Shown here: piece after piece, positions 30,749 through 37,006 of the stretch | Position numbering within the stretch: position 1 is the first letter of the stretch | Layout of the letters: every line of letters starts with the position of its first letter | Origin: a virus | Direction: 5' to 3' (one strand) | IMG/VR virus record: IMGVR_UViG_3300045988_114701 | Location: 1-43,465 of that record | Length of the DNA stretch: 43,465 nt | Program-made: the position numbers and the translations under genes | The notes under the pieces: generated by a model | Seen by the model: only the letters and a program-made list of their open reading frames with translations | Databases searched by the model: none | What the model was told of the DNA's origin: nothing

Positions 30749-30761
30749 AAGGAGGATGACC

Positions 30762-31211
30762 ATGAACAACTGGTCGGGAATCTGGAACAAAATACTCAAG
30801 ATGGCGGCACTTGCGGGCGGAGCAATCGCGGGTGCAATGGGAGGCTGGGACACGTTGCTGATCGTACTGTGCTACATGATGGGCATTGACTACGTGACAG
30901 GGTGCATTTGCGGGATGATCGGCAAAAGCCCGAAGACGGACGGCGGGAAGCTGGACAGCAAGACGGGCTGGCACGGCTTGCTCAAGAAGGCGGTCATGCT
31001 GGTGGTGGTCTTTATGGCGGCACAGCTTGACCGCGTGATGCCGGAAGGGACGCGGGTTTTCCGCGACGCGATGGCGATGTTCTACATCGCGAACGAGGGA
31101 CTGAGCATCACCGAGAATCTGGCAATCATCGGCGTGCCGTTCCCTGCGTTTGTCAAAAAGGCACTTGAACAAATTAAGCAGCAGAACGACGAGGGCACGG
31201 AGGGAGACTGA
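30762..31211 (+). CDS. Holin (phage_holin_4-type, toxin secretion/lysis holin family)
   Basis: ORF track 30756..31211. ATG 30762 is preferred: 6 nt after AAGGAGG, whereas ATG 30756 abuts the RBS. Contains ..MMGIDYVTGCICGMIGKSPKTDGGKLDSKTGWHGLLKKAVMLVVV..FYIANEGLSITENLA. Confidence 0.85.
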   Translation: MNNWSGIWNKILKMAALAGGAIAGAMGGWDTLLIVLCYMMGIDYVTGCICGMIGKSPKTDGGKLDSKTGWHGLLKKAVMLVVVFMAAQLDRVMPEGTRVFRDAMAMFYIANEGLSITENLAIIGVPFPAFVKKALEQIKQQNDEGTEGD

Positions 31212-31477
31212 TGTGCGGCAAAATCACGTTTGCAAAATATACTAAAGATGAACGTGATGAGCTGATACAGGCGTGCGGGCTGACGGACAGGCAGAGAGAG
31301 GTGTTTGTCACCCGAGCGCAGACGGACAACCTGATTGCAACGGCGCAACGGCTGCACATTTCGCCGGAAACCGTCAAGCGCGAATCGCGAAAGGTACAGG
31401 ACAAAATCAACCGCGTCAGAACCAGGCAGAGGCGGCAGACGGACGGGCAATCGCTTGGAAGAAAAACGAGCGATTGA
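31211..31477 (+). CDS. Small sigma-70 region-4/LuxR-like HTH protein (88 aa)
   Basis: LTDRQREVFVTRAQTDNLIATAQRLHISPETVKRESRKVQDKI; the ATG overlaps the holin stop by 1 nt. Confidence 0.6.
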   Translation: MCGKITFAKYTKDERDELIQACGLTDRQREVFVTRAQTDNLIATAQRLHISPETVKRESRKVQDKINRVRTRQRRQTDGQSLGRKTSD

Positions 31478-31483
31478 GCAAGA

Positions 31484-31513
31484 CCCGGAGGGGAAACCTT
31501 CCGGGCTTTTTTT
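31484..31513 (+). terminator. Intrinsic terminator ending the late/lysis operon
   Basis: CCCGGAGG (31484-31491) pairs with CCTTCCGGG (31497-31505, one bulge), then CTTTTTTT. Confidence 0.8.
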
Positions 31514-31524
31514 ATACCCTGAAT

Positions 31525-31552
31525 TGACCCGGATGTGACCCGCGATGACGCG
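31525..31552. repeat. Three helically phased heptamers TGACCCG / TGACCCG / TGACGCG
   Basis: Starts at 31525, 31536 and 31546 (spacing 11 and 10 nt), in the gap between the terminator and the next gene. Confidence 0.7.
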
Positions 31553-31588
31553 CTCAAAATGGCAGAATGGAAGCAAGAGGTGACGACG

Positions 31589-31963
31589 ATGTACAAGCCT
31601 TACAACCCTAATCCCGAACTGACCCGCGTCGGGGACTGCGCGATACGCGCAGTATGCCGGGCAACGGGGCAGAGTTGGAAAATGGCGTTCGTCGGGATCG
31701 CGGCGCAGGGTTTTGTATGGCACGACATGCCGTCATCGAATCGGGTCTGGGGCGCGTACCTCAGAGAGAACGGCTTTACCCGCCACAGTCTGCCGGACGA
31801 TTGTCCGGACTGCTATACGCTTGCCGACTTCTGCCGAGATCATCCGACTGGATGCTATGTTGTGGCGATGAACGGGCATGTGGTCTGCGTGCAGGACGGA
31901 GATTGGTTTGACACGTGGGACAGCGGCGGAGAGATGCCCATTTACTACTGGAAAAAGGAGTGA
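31589..31963 (+). CDS. Conserved phage protein with papain-like Cys...His arrangement (124 aa), function unknown
   Basis: ORF track 31535..31963. ATG 31589 is preferred: GAGGTG 6 nt upstream. Contains MYKPYNPNPELTRVGDCAIRAV...VVAMNGHVVCVQDGDWFDTWDSG. Confidence 0.55.
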   Translation: MYKPYNPNPELTRVGDCAIRAVCRATGQSWKMAFVGIAAQGFVWHDMPSSNRVWGAYLRENGFTRHSLPDDCPDCYTLADFCRDHPTGCYVVAMNGHVVCVQDGDWFDTWDSGGEMPIYYWKKE

Positions 31964-31968
31964 ATGCC

Positions 31969-32427
31969 ATGCCTTTTTACAATGGCTACCCGGGCGGATA
32001 CTACACGCCGCCGATGAACCCGCCGATGCCGGACCAGCTGGCACAGCTCAGGCAGGGCTATCCAATGCAACCAACAGTTGCATCCATGCAACAGCCGGTT
32101 GCATCACAGCCGCCGCAGACCGCGCCCATCATCTGGGTTCAGGGCGAAGAGGGCGCTAAAGCGTACATGGTCGCGGCAGGGAACAGCGTCCTGCTGATGG
32201 ACAGCGAAAACAGCACGTTCTACCTCAAGAGCAGCGACCAGAGCGGAATGCCGCTGCCGCTGCGGATATTCGACTATTCAGAACGGACACAGATGGCAAA
32301 AGCGCCCGTACAGGCGGCTCAGACGCCGAACGTGGAATACGTCACCCGCGCGGAATTTGACGCGCTGGCGGCAAAGTTGAACGCGCTCACGCAGGGAGGA
32401 AAAGAAGATGGGCAATCCGCTGTTTAA
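31969..32427 (+). CDS. Pro/Gln-rich N-terminus plus conserved core protein (152 aa)
   Basis: ORF track 31915..32427. ATG 31969 lies 8 nt after AAAAAGGAG. Contains ..PIIWVQGEEGAKAYMVAAGNSVLLMDSENSTFYLKSSDQSGMP.. Confidence 0.6.
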   Translation: MPFYNGYPGGYYTPPMNPPMPDQLAQLRQGYPMQPTVASMQQPVASQPPQTAPIIWVQGEEGAKAYMVAAGNSVLLMDSENSTFYLKSSDQSGMPLPLRIFDYSERTQMAKAPVQAAQTPNVEYVTRAEFDALAAKLNALTQGGKEDGQSAV

Positions 32428-32629
32428 CATGTTGGGCGGCAATATGCAGAATATGCACAATGCCCCGGAATTTGGTCAGATGATGCAGCAATTCAATCAG
32501 TTCAAAGCCAGCTTTCAGGGCGACCCGAAACAGGAAGTCCAAAAGCTCCTGCAATCCGGCAGGATGAGCCAGCAGCAGCTTGACCAGCTGCAAAGCATGG
32601 CAAGGCAGTTTCAGCAACTCATGGGTTAA
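32408..32629 (+). CDS. Gln/Met-rich small protein (73 aa)
   Basis: ORF track; GGAGG 8 nt upstream; overlaps the upstream gene by 20 nt. Confidence 0.55.
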   Translation: MGNPLFNMLGGNMQNMHNAPEFGQMMQQFNQFKASFQGDPKQEVQKLLQSGRMSQQQLDQLQSMARQFQQLMG

Positions 32630-32668
32630 AATCGTGCGCACGATTTAACAAAAAGAAAGGAGATCACT

Positions 32669-33427
32669 ATGATGGAAAACGGTATCCCGATGACCATGCC
32701 GGTTGAACCTTCCGGCAATAATCGCAATTCGTCCGGCTGGGGCGGAGACGGCGCGTGGTGGATCATCATCCTGTTCCTGTTCGTATTCTGCGGCTGGGGC
32801 GGCGCTGGCTGGGGCGGCAACCGCGGCGGAAGCACCGGCGCGGGCGTCATGGACGGCTATGTGCTGACGAGCGACTTTGCCAACATCGAGCGCAAGCTTG
32901 ACAGCGTAAACAGCGGACTTTGCGACGGCTTCTACGCGCAGGCGCAGCTCATCAACGGCGTACAGCAGAGCATGAGCAACGGCTTCATGAGCGCAGAAAT
33001 CAGCAGGGCGAACCAGCAGATGGCGTTCATGCAGCAGCTTAACGCGATGCAGGCACAGCAGGCGAATTGCTGCTGCGAGACGCGCGAAGCGATCCAGGGC
33101 GTCAACTACAATCTTGCACAGCAGGGCTGCGAGACGCGCAACACCATCCAGACCACGACGCGCGACATCATCGACAACCAGAACGCGAATGCGCGCGCGG
33201 TTCTCGATGCGCTGACGGCACAGAGGATCGAAGCGAAGGACGCGAAGATCGCCGAGCAGAACCAGCAGCTCTTCGCAGCTCAGCTGGCGGCGTCTCAGGC
33301 TGCGCAGAACAATGTTCTCAAGGCGTATGTGGGTGAGCAGTTCGCCTACTACAACCCTCGTCCGGTTCCGTCCTTCCCGGTTCCGGCTCCGTACCAGTTC
33401 GGCAACTGCGGCGGATGCAACGGCTAA
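32669..33427 (+). CDS. Membrane-anchored coiled-coil protein with Gly/Trp-rich N-terminus and CCC/CGGC Cys clusters (252 aa)
   Basis: ORF track; AAGGAG RBS. Contains SGWGGDGAWWIIILFLFVFCGWGGAGWGGNRGG (TM segment), QQANCCCETREAIQ..QQGCETRNTIQ, and the C-terminal FGNCGGCNG. Confidence 0.65.
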   Translation: MMENGIPMTMPVEPSGNNRNSSGWGGDGAWWIIILFLFVFCGWGGAGWGGNRGGSTGAGVMDGYVLTSDFANIERKLDSVNSGLCDGFYAQAQLINGVQQSMSNGFMSAEISRANQQMAFMQQLNAMQAQQANCCCETREAIQGVNYNLAQQGCETRNTIQTTTRDIIDNQNANARAVLDALTAQRIEAKDAKIAEQNQQLFAAQLAASQAAQNNVLKAYVGEQFAYYNPRPVPSFPVPAPYQFGNCGGCNG

Positions 33428-33487
33428 GCAAATAAAAGCAACTGTTCGGCATGACCGAACTGGTCGGGCGACCGATGATGCGACAAA

Positions 33488-33519
33488 GCGGCGGGGCTTT
33501 GCGCCCTGCCGCGTTTTTT
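33488..33519 (+). terminator. Intrinsic terminator inside the cargo cluster
   Basis: 10-bp stem GCGGCGGGGC / GCGCCCTGCCGC region (33488-33497 with 33503-33512, one G-U pair), TTTGC loop, then GTTTTTT. Confidence 0.8.
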
Positions 33520-33533
33520 AAGGAGATGAAATC

Positions 33534-33956
33534 ATGGCTGAATATGGCAACAGCAACATCGTAACTGTGGCGGCGGGGCAGGTCGTGCCGCTTACGGGCA
33601 GGATCGAGAGCGGAAAAACCTGTATCCAGCATCGGGACGGGGCGGGAACGATCACGCTGCGGGGACTGACGAACCAGTGCAAGGCACGGTATCTGGTGAT
33701 GTACAATGCGAACATCGCCATACCGGCTGGCGGAACGGTCGGCGCAATCTCCATGGCGCTGACCATCGCGGGAGAACCGTTGAACAGCGCGACCGCCATT
33801 GTAACCCCGGCGGCGACGGATAACTACTTTAACGTTAGCGGCGCGGCTTACATTGACGTGCCGCGCGGATGCTGCGTCAACGTTGCGCTGGAGAACACCA
33901 GCACGCAGGCGGTCAGCGTGGCGAACACCAACGTCATCGTGACGCGCGAGGCGTGA
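33534..33956 (+). CDS. Hypothetical protein (140 aa), possibly a BclA-C-terminal/C1q-like jelly roll
   Basis: ORF track; AAGGAG RBS. The beta-rich pattern ..GTITLRG..ARYLVMYNANIAIPAGGTVGAISMALTIAGEPL..AAYIDVPRGCCVNVALENTSTQAVSVANTNVIVTR resembles exosporium BclA-type C-terminal domains. Tentative. Confidence 0.55.
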   Translation: MAEYGNSNIVTVAAGQVVPLTGRIESGKTCIQHRDGAGTITLRGLTNQCKARYLVMYNANIAIPAGGTVGAISMALTIAGEPLNSATAIVTPAATDNYFNVSGAAYIDVPRGCCVNVALENTSTQAVSVANTNVIVTREA

Positions 33957-33970
33957 GAAAGGGGCATAAT

Positions 33971-34369
33971 ATGGAAATGAGAACGCTGAATCAGCTTTGC
34001 GAAATGTGCTGCGACGAGATCAGCGAGATTGTCGAAAAGGGAAATCTGACCTCGACGACGCTTGATCAGGCGTACAAGCTTGTCGATATCGTCAAGGACG
34101 TCAAGAAAATCAAGATGCTTGAGCAGGGCGAACGTTACAGCCGCGCCTACGACGGCAACGATTACGGCGGCTACGACCGCGGATACAGCTACGGTGCTTA
34201 CGACGGGACGGAGAGCAGCCGGGAAATCAGCCGACGCGGAGAACCCTATTACAGCAGGGGCGGCGGCAAAGAGCAGATGATGGAGCAGATCGACAACATG
34301 ATGCGCGGCGCGAACGAAAGACAGAAAGACGTTCTGCGCCGGATGCGCGAAGAGCTGAAGAATACGTGA
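33971..34369 (+). CDS. Hypothetical protein (132 aa) with a Tyr/Gly/Arg-rich centre
   Basis: ORF track 33869..34369. ATG 33971 is preferred because it lies just after the upstream stop. Confidence 0.55.
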   Translation: MEMRTLNQLCEMCCDEISEIVEKGNLTSTTLDQAYKLVDIVKDVKKIKMLEQGERYSRAYDGNDYGGYDRGYSYGAYDGTESSREISRRGEPYYSRGGGKEQMMEQIDNMMRGANERQKDVLRRMREELKNT

Positions 34370-34376
34370 TGCGCTC

Positions 34377-34397
34377 GTCATAATCCGCGGCATAATC
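34377..34397. repeat. attP arm repeat, copy 1: GTCATAATCCGCGGCATAATC
   Basis: 19/21 identical to 34598-34618 in direct orientation. Each copy is CATAAT-N6-CATAAT. Confidence 0.8.
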
Positions 34398-34421
34398 GGT
34401 GTAAAAACCTGCTTACACAGT

Positions 34422-34464
34422 GTTAAATCCCGCTTACATCGCGTAAGCGGGATTTAACATTTTT
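34422..34464 (+). terminator. Strong intrinsic terminator closing the cargo cluster
   Basis: Perfect 16-bp stem GTTAAATCCCGCTTAC / GTAAGCGGGATTTAAC with an ATCGC loop, then ATTTTT. Confidence 0.85.
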
Positions 34465-34488
34465 CCCTTGTGAAATAAGGAAAAAATA

Positions 34489-34516
34489 AAGGAATCTAGC
34501 TATTGCTAGATTCCTT
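34489..34516 (-). terminator. Minus-strand terminator placed just downstream of the tRNA 3-prime fragment
   Basis: Perfect 12-bp stem AAGGAATCTAGC / GCTAGATTCCTT with a TATT loop. On the minus strand it is followed by TATTTTTT. Confidence 0.7.
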
Positions 34517-34519
34517 GTT

Positions 34520-34551
34520 TGGTGCCGGTGGCGGGGGTCGAACCCGCACGG
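34520..34551 (-). other. attP core: 3-prime fragment of a tRNA gene (T-arm, acceptor strand, CCA)
   Basis: Minus strand reads CCGT-GCGGG-TTCGACC-CCCGC-CACCGGC-A-CCA (T stem, T loop GTTCGA, T stem, 7-nt acceptor strand, discriminator, CCA). No matching 5-prime acceptor GCCGGTG or D-arm lies upstream. Confidence 0.75.
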
Positions 34552-34597
34552 AAACGCCCTAAAAGCTCTTATTTTACTAGACTTTTTATTTCGCCGT

Positions 34598-34618
34598 GTC
34601 ATAATTCGCGGCATAATT
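34598..34618. repeat. attP arm repeat, copy 2: GTCATAATTCGCGGCATAATT
   Basis: See copy 1. This copy overlaps the int stop codon at 34617-34619. Confidence 0.8.
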
Positions 34619-35696
34619 ATTTGTACTGGCATATTTTGCCGCCGAGCAGCGCGGCGTTGTGAGACGCAATCGCGTCGGCTACGGCATCGCGCTTTTTGTT
34701 CATCGTGTGCTGATAGACACGATTGAGCATATCGAGCGTCGCGTGTCCCATGCGCTCCTGAGCGTACTTTGGCGGGACGTTCAGGGCAGCCATGACGGAT
34801 GCGGCATAGTGGCGCAGATCGTGAAAGCGACCGGGGAGATTGAGCTTTTCACAGAGACGCATGTAAGAATCTGTGATGCTGGCGGGCGTCATGCCAGTGA
34901 TGGTCTGCGGCGGCTGGTGACCGAAATTGCGGACAGCGGAGACGACGAGCGCATCCAGACCACGCAGGACGCGGTTACCGCTGCGGGATTTGGGGGGCTT
35001 GAGCTGGTAGTCGCCGCATTCATCCATGGCGAGGGATTTGTTGATGGTGACCGTTCCTGCCTCGAAATCGAAGTCATCCATCGTCAGGGCGGCGATCTCG
35101 CCGCGGCGCAGACCCAGCGTTGCGGCAAGGACGACCGCGACGTAAAGGTTGGTGTTGTGTGCGCGGAGATAAAACAGCGCACGCTGCACGTCTTCATCCT
35201 GCGGGATGGTCATCTCTTTGCGGTCGGGTTCGGGCAGGATCAACCCTTGCGTCGGCGGCTCGATTCCGGCGTGCTTCACGGACGCGGCGAGAAAGCCGAG
35301 CTTATTGCGGACGGTTTTCGGGGTTGCGCCGGATCGCGTCCAGTCATTGACCACAGATTGCAGTTCAGCGCGTGAGATTTTGGCGATGGGCTTTGATTCG
35401 AGAGCTTCAAAGCCGTTGCGCCGCATGGCAGCATAGCCGCGGATGGTGGACGGAGAGCGACCGGCGGAGCGGCAGGTATCGAGGTATTTATCCATCGCCT
35501 GAGCCAGCGTCACACGCCCCGCCAGATTCGCGGAGAGGGCGTTCTCGCGGTTTTCGTCGAAGTCGGCAATCATTCGCCTGACCTCGGCCTTCGTCGCGGC
35601 AGAAAGGGAGATATAACGATATCCGCCGGACGGGAGACGCTCGCCGGTGGAGACGCGGGCGCGGTATCCGGTCACGGTTTTTTCAATTTTCGGCAT
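34617..35696 (-). CDS. int: Tyrosine integrase
   Basis: LGLRRGEIAAL (Arg I), FHDLRHYAAS (H-x-x-R), GHATLDMLNRVYQH (catalytic Tyr), and an N-terminal SAM-like arm/core-binding region. It lies adjacent to the tRNA fragment. Confidence 0.93.
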   Translation of the reverse strand: MPKIEKTVTGYRARVSTGERLPSGGYRYISLSAATKAEVRRMIADFDENRENALSANLAGRVTLAQAMDKYLDTCRSAGRSPSTIRGYAAMRRNGFEALESKPIAKISRAELQSVVNDWTRSGATPKTVRNKLGFLAASVKHAGIEPPTQGLILPEPDRKEMTIPQDEDVQRALFYLRAHNTNLYVAVVLAATLGLRRGEIAALTMDDFDFEAGTVTINKSLAMDECGDYQLKPPKSRSGNRVLRGLDALVVSAVRNFGHQPPQTITGMTPASITDSYMRLCEKLNLPGRFHDLRHYAASVMAALNVPPKYAQERMGHATLDMLNRVYQHTMNKKRDAVADAIASHNAALLGGKICQYK

Positions 35697-35719
35697 AAAA
35701 AGACCTCCTTTTTGACGAT

Positions 35720-35748
35720 TTGCAAAAAGAAGGAGGATGTGCTATAAT
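35720..35748 (+). promoter_or_regulatory. Near-consensus extended -10 promoter pointing away from int
   Basis: TTGCAA (35720-35725), a 17-nt spacer ending in TGc, then TATAAT (35743-35748). Confidence 0.55.
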
Positions 35749-35754
35749 AAAAAC

Positions 35755-35840
35755 GTTCCTTCCATTTGCAGCTTTTTGTCCTTTCTGGCTGTGGTTGGTG
35801 CTTTGCCCTGTCCGCTATCCCGCGCGGACGGGGCTTTTTT
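35755..35840 (+). ncRNA. Candidate small RNA of about 85 nt (promoter-to-terminator unit)
   Basis: Bounded by the promoter at 35720-35748 and the hairpin plus T6 at 35806-35840. The only internal ORF has its ATG abutting the AGGAGG. The unit is antisense to the gap between the membrane-protein gene and int. Confidence 0.35.
35806..35840 (+). terminator. Intrinsic terminator (U-run on the plus strand) abutting the stop of the minus-strand membrane-protein gene
   Basis: CCCTGTCCGC (35806-35815) pairs with GCGGACGGGG (35824-35833, one G-U pair), then CTTTTTT. Confidence 0.65.
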
Positions 35841-36192
35841 ATGAGTTCTTTTCGGAGCGGTCAACATAGAAACGCAAAAGCGTTATCAGGCAATACGCGC
35901 ACACATAAGCCAGTACAGAAAAATCGACAACAGAGAATGTAGGCGAAACTTTGCCCAAAACAGCTGCCAATGAATAAATCAGAAGGAAACCGGCGGGCAG
36001 GAGCATAGGCATAAGGCGCTGCAAGGGAGTGATTCGTTGACCATAGAACGCCCAGCGAACGATAAAGAACGCCACGGCCAGAAAGATAAAGGCAGCGTAT
36101 TGTTCAGGCATTATATTTTTCAGAATAACAGGAATGAGACACGAGAAAATAAGAATAAAGTCCAACATCATCATAGCCTCTTTCTTTTTCAT
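35839..36192 (-). CDS. Small polytopic membrane protein (117 aa, about 4 TM), lysogeny-module moron
   Basis: ORF track; hydrophobic segments LDFILIFSCLIPVIL, AAFIFLAVAFFIV, MLLPAGFLLIYSLAAVL, VLAYVCAYCLITLL. The gene is markedly AT-rich. Confidence 0.7.
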   Translation of the reverse strand: MKKKEAMMMLDFILIFSCLIPVILKNIMPEQYAAFIFLAVAFFIVRWAFYGQRITPLQRLMPMLLPAGFLLIYSLAAVLGKVSPTFSVVDFSVLAYVCAYCLITLLRFYVDRSEKNS

Positions 36193-36197
36193 TTGTT

Positions 36198-36260
36198 TTT
36201 GTCGAAAGACATATTTCGTATACAGATATCAAAACAAAAGTGTGAACCTTTGTCGAAAGA
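36198..36260. repeat. Exact 12-bp direct repeat TTTGTCGAAAGA x2 in a divergent intergenic region
   Basis: Copies at 36198-36209 and 36249-36260, start to start 51 bp. Confidence 0.85.
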
Positions 36261-36310
36261 AGCATAGCCGCCCGAAAGGGGGATATACTAGGACAAAGGA
36301 GGGGATGGAC

Positions 36311-36517
36311 ATGAAAGAGAGCCGCCCGAAGAACGTCACCTTACACAGAGCGCGGAGAGCCGCGCCGACCACCACCCCAATAGAGTTTGAGCGGGAGAGA
36401 AAGGAAATCATCGCGATTGCAGAGATGCTGACCGACGGTGAAGACCTTTACTACCTACTCGGAACGGCGAGGGCACTGCTTAAATTAGAAATGAAGCGTA
36501 CCCCACCTGTCACTTGA
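36311..36517 (+). CDS. Hypothetical protein (68 aa) convergent with the repressor gene
   Basis: ORF track 36134..36517. ATG 36311 is preferred: AGGAGG at 36298-36303, 7 nt upstream. Confidence 0.5.
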   Translation: MKESRPKNVTLHRARRAAPTTTPIEFERERKEIIAIAEMLTDGEDLYYLLGTARALLKLEMKRTPPVT

Positions 36518-36860
36518 TTTCCTTCTTTAAAAAGGAAATCATTTCGTCCAGCAGTTCATCAGGCATCGCAGAAAGGATGCGGATGAGCTGCTTTTTGTTT
36601 TCGCTCGCGCCACGCATGATATTCGCCAAGCGTTCTGCGTCATCTTCGGATTGCTTGCGCTTCATGGCACCTTCGCCGGTGCGAAGCCAGTGTTCATCAA
36701 TTTGAAACTCAAGGCAAATATCCGAAATAGTTCTGTCGCTTGGCATTTTTGCGCCGGAACACAACTCGGAAACAAATGGTTGAGATAGTTTCAGCCTTTT
36801 AGCAAAATCGACTTTTTTCAGATGGTACTCATTGAGTATCATCATAATTCGCTCGTTCAT
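36510..36860 (-). CDS. XRE-family HTH repressor (CI-like)
   Basis: LKKVDFAKRLKLSQPFVSELCSGAKMPSDRTISDICLEFQIDEHWLRTGEG; it has its own consensus promoter. Confidence 0.85.
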   Translation of the reverse strand: MNERIMMILNEYHLKKVDFAKRLKLSQPFVSELCSGAKMPSDRTISDICLEFQIDEHWLRTGEGAMKRKQSEDDAERLANIMRGASENKKQLIRILSAMPDELLDEMISFLKKEIK

Positions 36861-36882
36861 TCAATACCTCCCTTCCGATTTG

Positions 36883-36911
36883 ATTATACGACCAGACATC
36901 ATAAAAGTCAA
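36883..36911 (-). promoter_or_regulatory. Consensus promoter for the repressor gene
   Basis: Minus strand reads TTGACT (36911-36906), a 17-nt spacer, then TATAAT (36888-36883), followed by the GGGAGG RBS and ATG 36860. Confidence 0.7.
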
Positions 36912-36942
36912 TAAAAAAGTTCGCTGGGCGAATAAAAAGGTA

Positions 36943-36971
36943 TTGCATTTATAGCGTGGCTATGGTATTAT
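36943..36971 (+). promoter_or_regulatory. Rightward (lytic-direction) promoter back-to-back with the repressor promoter
   Basis: TTGCAT (36943-36948), a 17-nt spacer, then TATTAT (36966-36971). The spacer and flank carry ATAGC-GTG-GCTAT and TAGCT-A-AGCTA palindromes. Confidence 0.5.
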
Positions 36972-37006
36972 ATAGCTAAGCTAAGGTTGACACCAGAAAG
37001 GAGGCT

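Noticed and set aside
34520-34597. A complete phage-encoded tRNA gene (an anticodon-arm-like AGAGC-TTTTAGG-GCGTT segment can be drawn, anticodon UUA)
   Set aside because: No 5-prime acceptor strand complementary to CACCGGC is present, no D-arm is present, and the putative anticodon stem has a mismatch. A 3-prime fragment serving as the attP core explains it better.
35737-35844. 35-aa ORF (MCYNKNVPSICSFLSFLAVVGALPCPLSRADGAFL) inside the small-RNA candidate
   Set aside because: Its ATG directly abuts the AGGAGG (zero spacing) and lies upstream of the predicted transcription start.
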